Assembly: GCA_963823665.1 (NCBI GenBank)
Contig: CAWGMQ010000003.1
Location: 1,376,001 to 1,440,000 of the forward strand
Direction: 5' to 3'
From: an uncultured Planctomycetota bacterium
GTDB lineage: Bacteria > Planctomycetota > Planctomycetia > Isosphaerales > Isosphaeraceae
Length of the DNA: 64,000 nt
Shown here: in pieces, positions 22,767-32,863 of the stretch
How the letters are laid out: the number at the start of each line of letters is the position of its first letter
How positions within the stretch are numbered: the first letter of the stretch is position 1
Translations under genes and position numbers: made by a program
The notes under the pieces: generated by a model
Told to the model about the DNA's origin: nothing
The model's input: the letters and a program-made list of their open reading frames with translations, nothing else
Databases searched by the model: none

Positions 22767-23721
22767 GTGCGAAATCTATGGACGAGCCGCCCGAGCTGCA
22801 TCTTCGCAGGCGTCATGCTTCTCGGCTCGGTTCTTTCAACGGCGAAGGCCGATCCGATCTCGCCATCGTATACGGTTACTGACCTCGGCTCGGGAAACGC
22901 CGCACTCACGACCAGCACGGGCGCGTCCATCCCGTTCGATTTCTCCGGCCTGGGAAGCTGCGCTCCCGAGCGGAGGTAGCGGTGCACAGATCACGTCGGT
23001 TTCGGTCGGCCAGACAAGTTATCCGTTCCTGTCTACGCCGGCCACGGTACTCACCACGAATCAGGGGATCATGACCAATTTTCCCCTGGCGGTCGCTGCA
23101 CCGGTGGGCGACCCAAATACCTACGGCAATCCCATCAACGCGTACAGCGTTGTTTCCAGCCCGCTGATGAACGGGAACGGAGTCGTTGTCGCAATCGACT
23201 CCGCGGGAGTATCGGGCCACGAAGGATCATCGGTTGTGTATTTCGCGCAACGAAACGCCGACGGCTCATGGGGATCGCCGACCATGGCGTGGGGCGGAAC
23301 CGAGCAATCGGGTCAGGGCCCGGTTGGCGGCGTTACACTCGCTGGAATCAACAACATGGGCCAGATCATCGGAACGATGAGCTATGACATCAACCACCCC
23401 TGGCTTACCAACGCGGTCGTCTATGACATCGCGGCGCACACGTTGACGAATTTGTCCTTATTGCCGGAGCTAGCAAGCTTTACCAACATCGTTCCGATTG
23501 CGATTGACGATTCGGGGCGGATCTTGGTCGAGGCGTCGCCGGTGGAACTTCTTTCGAACTTGCAAGGCGAGCAGACGCTTCTCTTGACCCCGGACGGCGG
23601 GCCAGGGAATCAGGTCGGAGTGCCCGAGCCGAGCTCGTTCGCGGTGATGGTGCTGGCGATGGGCGCATTCGCGGTCCGCTGCCTGGGCATCCGAATTCGC
23701 AGTCGGAACAACGAACGCTGA
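22767..23721 (+). CDS. PEP-CTERM sorting-domain protein (frameshifted near 22960-22990)
   Basis: Signal peptide AKA-DP, YTVTDLG, C-terminal VPEPSSFAVMVLAMGAFAVR. Confidence 0.8.
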
Positions 23722-23896
23722 TTTGTTGCACCGTGGCGAGGCGGCTGGCGACGAACAAGCTGAAAATGCGTCAGGCTGAAGCCTGATCTACGGAAATCGA
23801 ATCGCTTGACGCCTTTTTTTGCCCGGGCCAACGACATTTGTGGTACCATCGCCGGGGGTGGTTGCTGATTGGTTCGCGGTGTAAAGCGAAGGACAG

Positions 23897-26578
23897 GTGC
23901 CTCGGGATCGGGAGGTATCGATGATCGTTACTGCACTTGTGATGGTGGCGCTCGTGCGAGCGCAGGCTCCTTCCGCCGCGGCGACGGTGTCGGGGCGAGT
24001 GCTCGACGCGGAGGGCCGGCCGGCGGTTGGGGTGGAGGTGTTGCTTTCGGGGCTGGAAGCGGGGTCGCCGGGGCGGCCGGTGCTTTCGCGGGCGAAGTCG
24101 GACAACTATGGGCGGTTCAAGATCGACGTTCCTGACGAGAAAGACCCGAGCAGGGCGAATTCTCCCCTGGCGCTCTGGGCTTATCGCGCGAAGTCGGGTC
24201 TGGCCGGGCAGGCGTTCACCCGGCGAGCGTTGCCGGCGACGGGCTCGGTGCGGTTGAAGTTGAGCGGGCCTGTGCAGACTGCACTGCGCGTGGTTGGGCC
24301 TGACGCGAAACCGGTCGCCGGTGCGCGGGTGGCGCCGGTGTCGGTGCACGTGCCCGGCGGAATGCGGCCGAGGTCTACGTATCCACTGCCTGACTCGCTC
24401 ACCAGGTTGCTCACGACCGAGACCGACGCTGGAGGCAAGGGGCAGATCGACGGATGTCGACCCGAGGATATCGATGCGGTTTGGGTCGAAGCGGCCGGGT
24501 TCGGACGACAAGGAACCGAGCTGGCCGCGGGTGCCGGCGCCACGCGGTCGATCACGCTCGAGCCAGCCGGTCGCTTGACCGGGCGCGTGCAGACGGACGA
24601 TCCATCCGATGCGCGTGGGTTGGCGATCAGCGCCATCACATTTCCGGGTGTTGAATCACGGGGTAGCCCACACACAGTGGGCGAGGGCCGAACGACGCCC
24701 GATGCCGGAGGCCGGTTCGAGATTGCGGCGCTGGCCGCGGGCAAGCTTGCGCTCAACGTCGTGCCGGCGGAGGGCTCCAAGCTCCGTCCCAAGCTTCCCG
24801 CGGATCTGGTGATCGAGCCGGGCAAGACGACCGAGGTCACGATTGCGATGGAAGGCCCTGCGCAGGCGCGAACAGTTGTGGGCCGTGTGGTCGACCGCGA
24901 AGGGCGGGCGGTCGAGGGTGCGGTTGTCTTTCAGTCGGGCGACTCTCCGGCGCGAACGGAGGCCGAGACCGGCGCGGATGGACGGTTCAAATTGCCTGGG
25001 GTTGTCACCCGGCCGACGTACGTGTTCGTGAGGAAACCGGGTTATTGCTTCGGCGGGCTGGTGATAGCGCCCGAATCAGAAGAGGTGACGCTGGCGATTC
25101 GTAAGGTGAGCGAGCCGCCGGTGCTCATGCGGAAGACGCTTCCGCCGGCGCTACCGCGTCAGGAAGAAATCGCTCTGGCGCGCCGCCTGATCGATCCCTA
25201 TGCGGAGCGAGTGTTCAAGCAAGGAGACGAGGGCGAGAAGGTGCGCACGCTTGAGGCGCTGGCACGAATCGAGCCCGAGCGCGTGCTCGAGTTGATCGAG
25301 CAGAAGAAAGTCTTCAGTGCCCCTTTTTTCAACGGCATGATCGGGCTGCAAGTCGCGCTGGGCATGATGGACGAAAGCGTCGACGAAGCCCTGGCGGTGC
25401 TGGAGGGGGTGGAGGATCCTGGGGCGAAGGCGATCGGCTGTATCATCGCGAGCCGCAAGATCGGCCTTCAGAAGCGAGCCCAGGCGATCGACGTGCTGGA
25501 ACGGGCGCTCTTGAACGCGAAGGCCGCGCGGGAGCCGGACGGCATCCGGCTGTTGCTCATGGGGCAGGTTGCCGAGGGGTTTCTTGACGTCGGTCAGGCA
25601 GAGCGCGGCCGCGCTTTGCTGCGTGAAGGGGAGACCGTGGCGAAACAGTTTCCAAAGGGAGGCTGGGCTGGCTACGCTCGCGGCGCTTTTGCCGAAGAGT
25701 TGGTGCAGATTGACGTCGAGGCGGCGCTGGGTCTGACGAAAGATCTGGACGATCCTCGGGAATTCGACCGGCATCACGGCAACATTGCTCATGAGCTGGG
25801 GAGCCGAGACCCGGCGCGCGCCGAGGCAGTGCTGATGATGGTCAGGGATCGGTTGCAGCGTGACCTGTACACGGTGCGGGTCGTCTATCGCATGGCACCT
25901 GTCGACCTTGCCAGGGCGCGTCGACTGGCCGAAGCGATCGGCGACGATGGTCTCAAGGGGTTTGGCCTGGGAATGATGGCCCTGCGCCTGAGCGAGGCCC
26001 GGAAGGAGGCCGCGCGCGAGGTGCTGGCGAGTGCGTACGAATCGCTCGAGCGTTCATCCCATATCATCCAGCCGAAACCGAACAGCCTCTACTACTTCTG
26101 CTCCGTCGCGGCCGCACTGCTGCCGGTTGCGGAGCAAGTCGACCCCGGCCTCGTCGATGAGTATCTATGGCGCAGCCTCGCGATGCGACGGCCACACCCG
26201 TGGGAGGCCGACCTTAACGGTCGTATGCCCGGACAGGCCGACGCGCCGCTGGCGATGATGCTGGCGCGGTACGACCGGGCTATCGCCCATTCGCTCGTCG
26301 AGCCGCTCGCGCGGGACACCGGGCCGGCCCACGCCTATTTCTCGAACCGGGGTGAGCTGCATGCAGCGGCGGCAGCGATCGACCCGAAATGGGCCGTTGC
26401 ACTGGTTGAAGCGATGGCGGATGATCCCGACTTGAAGCTCCAGAGTCCGAAGAATTCTGCACGGCTTGCCGTCGCGAACGTGCTGGGGCGCGCGGGCGAA
26501 CAGCGGTTCAGGAAGCTTCTGTCGTCGTTCCTCTTCCTCTGGGTGCCGGATGTTGAGGATGTTGATCCGTATGAATGA
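23897..26578 (+). CDS. Secreted protein with carboxypeptidase-regulatory-like repeats and a helical C-terminal domain
   Basis: VSGRVLDAEGRPAVG, GRVVDREGRAVEGA, TGADGRF repeats; 893 aa open. Confidence 0.8.
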   Translation: MPRDREVSMIVTALVMVALVRAQAPSAAATVSGRVLDAEGRPAVGVEVLLSGLEAGSPGRPVLSRAKSDNYGRFKIDVPDEKDPSRANSPLALWAYRAKSGLAGQAFTRRALPATGSVRLKLSGPVQTALRVVGPDAKPVAGARVAPVSVHVPGGMRPRSTYPLPDSLTRLLTTETDAGGKGQIDGCRPEDIDAVWVEAAGFGRQGTELAAGAGATRSITLEPAGRLTGRVQTDDPSDARGLAISAITFPGVESRGSPHTVGEGRTTPDAGGRFEIAALAAGKLALNVVPAEGSKLRPKLPADLVIEPGKTTEVTIAMEGPAQARTVVGRVVDREGRAVEGAVVFQSGDSPARTEAETGADGRFKLPGVVTRPTYVFVRKPGYCFGGLVIAPESEEVTLAIRKVSEPPVLMRKTLPPALPRQEEIALARRLIDPYAERVFKQGDEGEKVRTLEALARIEPERVLELIEQKKVFSAPFFNGMIGLQVALGMMDESVDEALAVLEGVEDPGAKAIGCIIASRKIGLQKRAQAIDVLERALLNAKAAREPDGIRLLLMGQVAEGFLDVGQAERGRALLREGETVAKQFPKGGWAGYARGAFAEELVQIDVEAALGLTKDLDDPREFDRHHGNIAHELGSRDPARAEAVLMMVRDRLQRDLYTVRVVYRMAPVDLARARRLAEAIGDDGLKGFGLGMMALRLSEARKEAAREVLASAYESLERSSHIIQPKPNSLYYFCSVAAALLPVAEQVDPGLVDEYLWRSLAMRRPHPWEADLNGRMPGQADAPLAMMLARYDRAIAHSLVEPLARDTGPAHAYFSNRGELHAAAAAIDPKWAVALVEAMADDPDLKLQSPKNSARLAVANVLGRAGEQRFRKLLSSFLFLWVPDVEDVDPYE

Positions 26579-26610
26579 AACCACCCAGGGCGATGCCTAA
26601 GGGTGGCCCA

Positions 26611-27876
26611 TCACGGGTCCGGAAGTTCCGGCTCTTTTTCCGACTTCACAAACCCCTCCAGCAACCCCGCCAGCTCCGTGGCGCTCGGGATTTCTTTGAA
26701 CCGAAGCACCGGCACCTTGAAGTCTTGAAATGCCTCTTCGTCGACTTTGAGGCGATCGGAGATTGCCAGCACCACGCGCGGTGGGCCGTGCAGCGGCAGG
26801 AGCCGCATCAGGCGCTCCACGCTGGATTTTTTCCAGTAGCCGAGCACCTCGATGAAGACGTCGATTCCGCTCGCGGTGTGCACGGCCCGGTAGTCGGGCA
26901 CCCACACGCCTTCGCGGCCGAGCTCGATCAAGCTAGTCGCCTCGGAGATTTCCCAGGCGGGGGCGACCTGGCGAAACCGCTCGACGAATGCGGCCAGCTC
27001 GGCGGGCACGTAGGTTCCCGAGTCTTGCCCGTGCCAGACCAGGCCATCGCGTGAGTCGAGATAGAAGCTGCGCACCTCGCGGCGAGGGCCCCATCGCAGC
27101 TCGGCTTCGAGGCGGAAATTCGAGCAGGACAAGAGCGCGGGCAGGAAGAGCGCGACTTGCATCCCGTACCTGGTGGTCGCGCTGAAGAGCGAGAGCGGCC
27201 CGTCGATGTGGAACACATAGCCGTCGGTCATGTTGCCTTCAACGCGGTGGAGCAGCCGGTGGAATTTCAACCGCCGGAAGAGCTGGCGATAACGTGGCGG
27301 GCGCTCGTGCTTGACTTCGGCGCGCAAGTACACCGAGCGGAGCAAGACCGCCTGCGCTAGCGCGACGTTGTAGCGATCGATCAATCGCTGTGCGGTCAAG
27401 TCGTCGAAGCGCAGCAGGCGGTTCTCGTCGCGCAGGTCGGCAAACAGCGCGTTCATCACGGCATCAGGGCTCAGGTCAAGCACATCGGCGACGGCCTTGA
27501 TGATCTCATCGCGCTGGAACGCATTCCGGTGGCCGGCGCTGGTCCGCGCGGCCCGCATCTGAAGGCGATAGTCGGCAGCGGCCGTGAAGACCTTTTCGCG
27601 CAGCTCTTCCGGAGGGACGTCGGAGACGACCTCGAATTCCGCGCGATCCTCGAGCACCTTGGCGAGCCCGCGATAGACCTGGGTCGCCCTGCCCCCCGCG
27701 CCGAAGAGCTCGTCGACCTCGCTTTCGATCTGGCCGCGCGTCATTCCGATCCCCTCGCGGAACAAGAGGAGCAGGCTCTCGGCCGTTTCGAGCCAGGGCT
27801 CGGCCGTGCGGTCGAGATAAATCGGAATCACGCGCTGCTTGGTGGTCCTGACTCGAACCAGATTTCCGGTGAGCAT
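26611..27876 (-). CDS. DUF790-family protein (Bax1-like predicted endonuclease)
   Basis: MLTGNLVR, LFADL..E, YNVALAQAVL, DGPLSLF..TTRYG..VALFLPAL, VPDY...IEVLGYW. Confidence 0.88.
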   Translation of the reverse strand: MLTGNLVRVRTTKQRVIPIYLDRTAEPWLETAESLLLLFREGIGMTRGQIESEVDELFGAGGRATQVYRGLAKVLEDRAEFEVVSDVPPEELREKVFTAAADYRLQMRAARTSAGHRNAFQRDEIIKAVADVLDLSPDAVMNALFADLRDENRLLRFDDLTAQRLIDRYNVALAQAVLLRSVYLRAEVKHERPPRYRQLFRRLKFHRLLHRVEGNMTDGYVFHIDGPLSLFSATTRYGMQVALFLPALLSCSNFRLEAELRWGPRREVRSFYLDSRDGLVWHGQDSGTYVPAELAAFVERFRQVAPAWEISEATSLIELGREGVWVPDYRAVHTASGIDVFIEVLGYWKKSSVERLMRLLPLHGPPRVVLAISDRLKVDEEAFQDFKVPVLRFKEIPSATELAGLLEGFVKSEKEPELPDP

Positions 27877-27879
27877 GGG

Positions 27880-29310
27880 TCAAGACGTCCCCTGGTCGTC
27901 GGGGTTCCCATCATACGCATCGTGCTTGCGGCGGCGGCTCGATGTGAATTCCTCGGCGGTTCCCCGGGTGATCACTTCGTAGAGCAAGGCATCCTTGTTG
28001 CCGGACTTGCGTAAGATCCGTCCCAGGCGCTGGACGTGCTCGCGGACCGAGCCGGAGCCAGACAGGACGATCGCCACGTTGGCCTCGGGAACGTTCACGC
28101 CCTCGTTCAAGACCCGCGACGTGGCGACGATGGGATAAGTCCCCGCGTTGAACCGCAGCAGGATTTCCCGGCGCTCCTTGGTCTTGGTCTGGTGCGTGAT
28201 CACGGGCACCAGGAACTGGCGGGCGATCGTGTAGACGGTTGCATTGTCGTGGGTGAAGATCAGGACACGGTCGCCGTTGTGGCGTTCGAGCAGATGAGCC
28301 AGTAGACTGAGTTTTGCCGGCGCGGCCAGCGCCAGCTCGCGCTGCTCGCGATAGGCGTGAAATGCCTGACGGCCCTCGGGCGAGCGGTGCGCCAGAAAGA
28401 GGAACTGCCCCCAGCCGTTGGGCTGGCTCATGTTGATGCCCGAGCTGTGCACGAACGCGCGATAGACCTCGCGCGCCTGGTCGTATCGGATGCGGTCTTC
28501 GTCGCTGAGGGAAACGTACAATCGCTCGACGCGATACTCTGCCAGATAGTTGCCGCGAAGCTGTGTGATCTCGCGGCGGTAGCTTTCCGGTCCGATCAAC
28601 TGGTCGAGGTGCGTGTGGGCATTGTCGGCACGTTCCGGCGTGGCGGTAAGTCCCAGCCGGAATGGAGCAATCGCGCAGGTGGCTGCCAGGCCGTAGGTCG
28701 GCCCGGGCAGATGGTGGCATTCGTCGAACACGATGAATCCAAAGCGATTGCCCAGGCGTTCCATGTTCAGGTAGGCCGAATCATAGGTGGTCACGGTGAT
28801 CGGCTTGATGTCGTACGACCCGCCGCCCATGAGCCCGATCTCGACGCCGAAGCTCAGGCAGAGCTCGTCGTACCACTGGTTCAAAAGGTCGATTGTCGGG
28901 GTGACGATCAGGGTCGGCCGCGCGGCGCGCTCGATCGCCATGTTGGCCAGGTGCGTCTTGCCGGTTCCGGTAGGCAGCACGACCACGCCTCGGCCGCCTT
29001 GATCCCACCACGCCTTGAGTGCTTCGACCTGGTGCGGGAATGGTTCCTTGGCGACCTGGAGCCGCCAGTTGGCGGGCTCGTAAGCCCGGGCCGTGTCGGT
29101 GTACGCCCTCTTTTCGCGGCGAAGCTGCTCGACGATCAAGCGATAGCACATCGCTGGGGCGCGGAACTGCTGCGTGCGCGGGTCGAACTTCACGCCCGGC
29201 AAGTTCGGTTCGTCGCCCTGGGAGGGGCCCTCGACGACCAGTGTTCCCGCGTTGAAGAGCAGGCGTAGCGGCGCGGCCTGCCCGTTGGGAGCGGCGGCGG
29301 CCGCGGTCAT
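27880..29310 (-). CDS. XPB/Rad25-like SF2 DNA helicase
   Basis: VLPTGTGKT, DECHHL, LGLTATPER, VLNEGVNVP, QRLGRILR; 3 bp upstream of DUF790. Confidence 0.9.
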   Translation of the reverse strand: MTAAAAAPNGQAAPLRLLFNAGTLVVEGPSQGDEPNLPGVKFDPRTQQFRAPAMCYRLIVEQLRREKRAYTDTARAYEPANWRLQVAKEPFPHQVEALKAWWDQGGRGVVVLPTGTGKTHLANMAIERAARPTLIVTPTIDLLNQWYDELCLSFGVEIGLMGGGSYDIKPITVTTYDSAYLNMERLGNRFGFIVFDECHHLPGPTYGLAATCAIAPFRLGLTATPERADNAHTHLDQLIGPESYRREITQLRGNYLAEYRVERLYVSLSDEDRIRYDQAREVYRAFVHSSGINMSQPNGWGQFLFLAHRSPEGRQAFHAYREQRELALAAPAKLSLLAHLLERHNGDRVLIFTHDNATVYTIARQFLVPVITHQTKTKERREILLRFNAGTYPIVATSRVLNEGVNVPEANVAIVLSGSGSVREHVQRLGRILRKSGNKDALLYEVITRGTAEEFTSSRRRKHDAYDGNPDDQGTS

Positions 29311-29471
29311 GGACGCGGTCCTCGTGATGAAGTCGAACTCACTTGCACAAAGAAACGTGTCACGGCAATTGCTTGATGAACCGAACCGAGCCGAACCGAA
29401 ACAGAGCAGCGGAGGAAGCCAGGCATCCCGCCGGCGCCGACAACGCATCTTCAGTGTACCCGAGTTGATGA

Positions 29472-30070
29472 TCAAGCGAGAGGAAACTTGCGCCTGAGCT
29501 TTTCGAGCGCGGCGCGCTCGAGCGCGCTGACGTCGCGCCACTGCCCGGGTGCCAGATCCCCGAGCGCGACCGGACCGACCGCAACGCGAACCAGGCGGAG
29601 CGTAGGGTGCCCAACCGCGGCGGTCATCCGTCGCACCTGGCGATTTCGGCCTTCGGTGATCGAGAGTTTGAGCCAGGCGGTCGGAACGTTCTTGCGAAAG
29701 CGAATCGGAACCGGCCGATCGGGCAGGGCGGGCTCGGACTCGAGCAGCTCGGCGTGGGCGCGGCGCGCTGTCCGTCGCGCAGGAGCACGCCGTCCCGAAG
29801 CATTTGAACCGCAGCGGGGTCAGGCACGCGCTCGACCTGGACCAGATAGGTCTTGGGGTGCTCAAACCGCGGGTCTGTCAAGCGATGTGCCAGGCCGCCA
29901 TCCTCGGTCAAGAGCAGCAGTCCCTCGCTGTCGAAGTCGAGACGCCCCGCTGGATAGATTCCGGGAATCGGCACGAGCGGCGCGAGCGTGGGCCTTGCCG
30001 ATGAGTCGCGGAACTGGCAGAGCACGCCGTATGGCTTGTAGAGCGCGATGGTGCGGAAGCGTTGGGACAT
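29472..30070 (-). CDS. rluE: 23S rRNA pseudouridine synthase E-like (frameshift near 29760)
   Basis: KPYGVLCQF, YPAGRLDFDSEGLLLLT, KTYLVQVE; next frame EGRNRQVRRMTAAVGHPTLRLVR. Confidence 0.85.
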
Positions 30071-30322
30071 GGTTGCGGGCTGCGTCGGGGTTCGCGGGTC
30101 GAGTTCGAATTTGTGATCATGGGCTATTCGAACCATGCGGGGTCTTCCATGTCCACACCGACTGTTTCACCGCCGGATCTTCTGACGGCCGAGGAATAAA
30201 TGGCGGGCCGCTCGCATCGCGACTTGCGAGTCGGCCCATCAACGGGCGCGGTGGCGCCCCGCCCTACCGCTGGCCCATTTCGTACGCGACGAAATCGGCT
30301 GAGCGGTTCGACTGCGGAGTAC

Positions 30323-30408
30323 GAAGGACGTACTTTCGCAGAGCGAAAGGCGACACTGGATTGCCGATGGGGCATGAAAGACGTACTTTCGCGGAGCGAA
30401 AGGCGACA
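30323..30408 (+). repeat. Two tandem REP-like hairpins CTTTCGC-(A/G)GA-GCGAAAG-GCGAC
   Basis: Copies at about 30323-30355 and 30376-30408; same motif near 36646/38309 and 38407. Confidence 0.8.
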
Positions 30409-30416
30409 ATGGCGTC

Positions 30417-31007
30417 TCAGGCGCTCGCCGCTCGTCTTCGCTTGAATCCCGCATAAGCGCACGTGGCGGCCAGGCCGATGCCTCCCAGGACCAGCGTGGA
30501 AGGCTCGGGGACGGATTGGAACTGCACCAGAAAGGTTTCGGTTGCACCCTGGAACGGACCACCCTGATAGACAACCGCCGTCAAGATGGGAATCTGATAC
30601 GGCGCCGAGATACCCATGAGCGTGGTTGGCGAGTCGGGGCTGGTGAATGAGAATCCAGAGAGCGAGCTTCCGGGTGCTAGAGCATTTGTCACCGGGCTCG
30701 CCTCCCACCGGATTGCGTAGCCGTCGGGAGCCGCGCCATGGGTGATCGCATTCACATCCCAGCCGGCTGGAGCCTGAGCATTAGTGGGCATGTCGGGCAT
30801 GAAATCCTTGCCTGGAACCCAGGCAAACCAGAATGTGCCAATCGGGTCGGTGCTCGCGCTCGAGTTGGTGAGCGTGATCGCGTAATCCCAATCGCTGCCG
30901 TCGGCTTTGGCGGTGATCACCGCGCTGGCGCTGATCCCGGCAGCACGAGCAGGGCTTGTTGCCAAACCGATGGCAAGCAAGGCGCAGAATAGACAGAACC
31001 GTCTCAT
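30417..31007 (-). CDS. PEP-CTERM sorting-domain protein
   Basis: Signal peptide ARA-AG; VPEPSTLVLGGIGL...KRRR. Confidence 0.9.
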   Translation of the reverse strand: MRRFCLFCALLAIGLATSPARAAGISASAVITAKADGSDWDYAITLTNSSASTDPIGTFWFAWVPGKDFMPDMPTNAQAPAGWDVNAITHGAAPDGYAIRWEASPVTNALAPGSSLSGFSFTSPDSPTTLMGISAPYQIPILTAVVYQGGPFQGATETFLVQFQSVPEPSTLVLGGIGLAATCAYAGFKRRRAASA

Positions 31008-31500
31008 ATCATCTCCTCTGGAAACTTTGAAGCGCATTGGTACACAACGCCGCTCCGCCCGTTCCCGCGCCATGGGTGCGCAGGAGCGTGCGGCGTCCGG
31101 CGCAGCTCGTGCTAGCGGTTGAAGACCAACACCAGATTGAAGTCCGCTGCTCGGACGAGCGATTAACCGAGCACCGAGCCCGCTAGCGGACCCCGGCGCG
31201 TCTCGTGTCGAGCGCCTTGCTGCTTGCGCGGCGAAAGCTCTCGCCGCGAAGGCCGAAGGGATCTCTTTGCAAGACTAGCAAAGAACATCCCGTTCCATGA
31301 TTCTCTGTCAATCAATGCCGCGTTTGGTTGCGGACAGTAAAGAAGTGCTTCGGTCCCGACGCGAGGTTACAGTTTTTCGGATCAGTCCTGCGGTGAAACC
31401 TGATCTCGCCAGCAATAGTGTTCTTTGGTATAGTATTGTTGTCTCGGATTGAGTGGCAGCTCAGAGGGTGAAGAGGTGGTTCAAGCGAGGTGAGGAAGCG

Positions 31501-32595
31501 ATGAGCGAGCCGGAGATTCCACTACGTCGCGGGCGTGGGGCGCGGATCAACCCGCCCAACCGGTTCGAGGCGACTCATCGCGAGCTTGATCTCGAGCAGG
31601 TCGAGGGGGACGACGAATACCTGGAGAGCCTGGGCCGGCCGCCGACTGAGTATCTGCCAGATACCTCCCGGAGCATCATCGCTAAAAACGATAGCCCTGA
31701 TGTCGGGTTCGAGGTGAGCTTCAACCCGTATCGTGGGTGTGAACACGGCTGCATTTACTGTTACGCGCGGCCGACGCATGAGTATCTCGGTTTCTCATCG
31801 GGTCTCGACTTCGAGACCAAGATCATGGTCAAGCACGATGCGCCCGAGCTCTTGCGACAGACGCTTTCATCGCCGCGGTGGCAGCCGCGGGTTCTGGGGC
31901 TCTCGGGAGTGACGGATGCCTATCAGCCCGTGGAGCGGCGGCTGGAGCTTACGCGGCGCTGTCTCGAGGTTCTCGCCGAGTTTCGCCAGGCCGTTGCGAT
32001 CATCACCAAGAACCGGCTGGTGACGCGCGACATCGATGTGCTTGGAGAGCTGGCCAGGCATAGCGCGGCGGGGGTGTTTGTCTCGATCACGTCGCTTGAC
32101 GACGAGCTCGTCGGCCGGATGGAGCCGCGCACCAGCCGGCCCGCGGGCCGGCTTAAGGCGATCACGGCCTTGGCGGATGCTGGAGTGCCGGTGGGTGTGA
32201 TGGTGGCCCCGTTGATTCCGGGGCTGACCGAGCACGAAATGCCGGCGATTCTCAAAGCCGCTGCGGAGGCTGGTGCGCGGAATGCGGGTTACACGATCGT
32301 CCGTTTACCGATGGAGGTCTCGACCCTGTTTCAGGACTGGCTCGAGAACCACTTCCCCGGCCGAAAGGAGAAGGTGCTTGAACGGATTCGCGCGATGCAC
32401 GACGGACGTCTCAACGATTCTCGCTTTGGAATGCGAATGCGCGGCGATGGGAGGGCGGCCGAGCTGATTTCCAAGCTCTTCCGGGTGACCTGCCGGCGAG
32501 TGGGGCTGAACAAAGAGCCCTGGCCGGTATCGCCCGCGGCCTTCCGGCGGCCGGGCGGAATCGGTCGTGGAAAACAGCTCCGGCTCTTCGAGTGA
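31501..32595 (+). CDS. PA0069-family (Rv2578c/SPL-like) radical SAM protein
   Basis: RGRGARINPPNRF, NPYRGCEHGCIYCYARPTH, SGLDFETKI, TDAYQPVE, C-terminal QLRLFE. Confidence 0.93.
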   Translation: MSEPEIPLRRGRGARINPPNRFEATHRELDLEQVEGDDEYLESLGRPPTEYLPDTSRSIIAKNDSPDVGFEVSFNPYRGCEHGCIYCYARPTHEYLGFSSGLDFETKIMVKHDAPELLRQTLSSPRWQPRVLGLSGVTDAYQPVERRLELTRRCLEVLAEFRQAVAIITKNRLVTRDIDVLGELARHSAAGVFVSITSLDDELVGRMEPRTSRPAGRLKAITALADAGVPVGVMVAPLIPGLTEHEMPAILKAAAEAGARNAGYTIVRLPMEVSTLFQDWLENHFPGRKEKVLERIRAMHDGRLNDSRFGMRMRGDGRAAELISKLFRVTCRRVGLNKEPWPVSPAAFRRPGGIGRGKQLRLFE

Positions 32596-32784
32596 TTTGG
32601 CGGGCGAGTGAAACCATTCAGGATATGCCTGGATCGGGGTTCGATTCACGCACCCCACGCGGACCCGCCTCATGCCGAGTCTGATCGGCACTGAGGTTCC
32701 CATAACGTAGGAACGCGTCTTCCCATTCCAGCGGTTAGCGCGGCGTGCGCGAACGGAACTCGCTCTGCCCGCCAAATTGAGTCA

Positions 32785-32824
32785 AAAAGAAAATCGGGGC
32801 CGGAACGGGCTCCGGCCCCGATTT
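32785..32824 (-). terminator. Rho-independent terminator, possibly bidirectional
   Basis: Perfect 14-bp stem aaatcggggccgga / tccggccccgattt with an adjacent A-run. Confidence 0.8.
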
Positions 32825-32863
32825 CCTGTCATGAGCGTTGGAATTGCCGTCGCGCCGGGCGGC

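Noticed and set aside
1140..29770. Programmed frameshifting in the split genes
   Set aside because: No consistent slippery sites and too many unrelated genes affected; assembly error is simpler.
30323..30408. Possible mini CRISPR array
   Set aside because: Only two copies, a spacer of about 20 bp, no cas genes, and the motif is dispersed elsewhere in the window; REP-like instead.
31413..31438. LexA-like box upstream of the radical SAM gene
   Set aside because: Only a half match (TGTTC-N4-GTATA); it reads equally well as an extended -10 (TGGTATAGT).
31501..32595. Radical SAM as maturase for the GG-leader peptide
   Set aside because: It is PA0069/SPL-like with no SPASM or RRE domain, and it lies 15 kb away.
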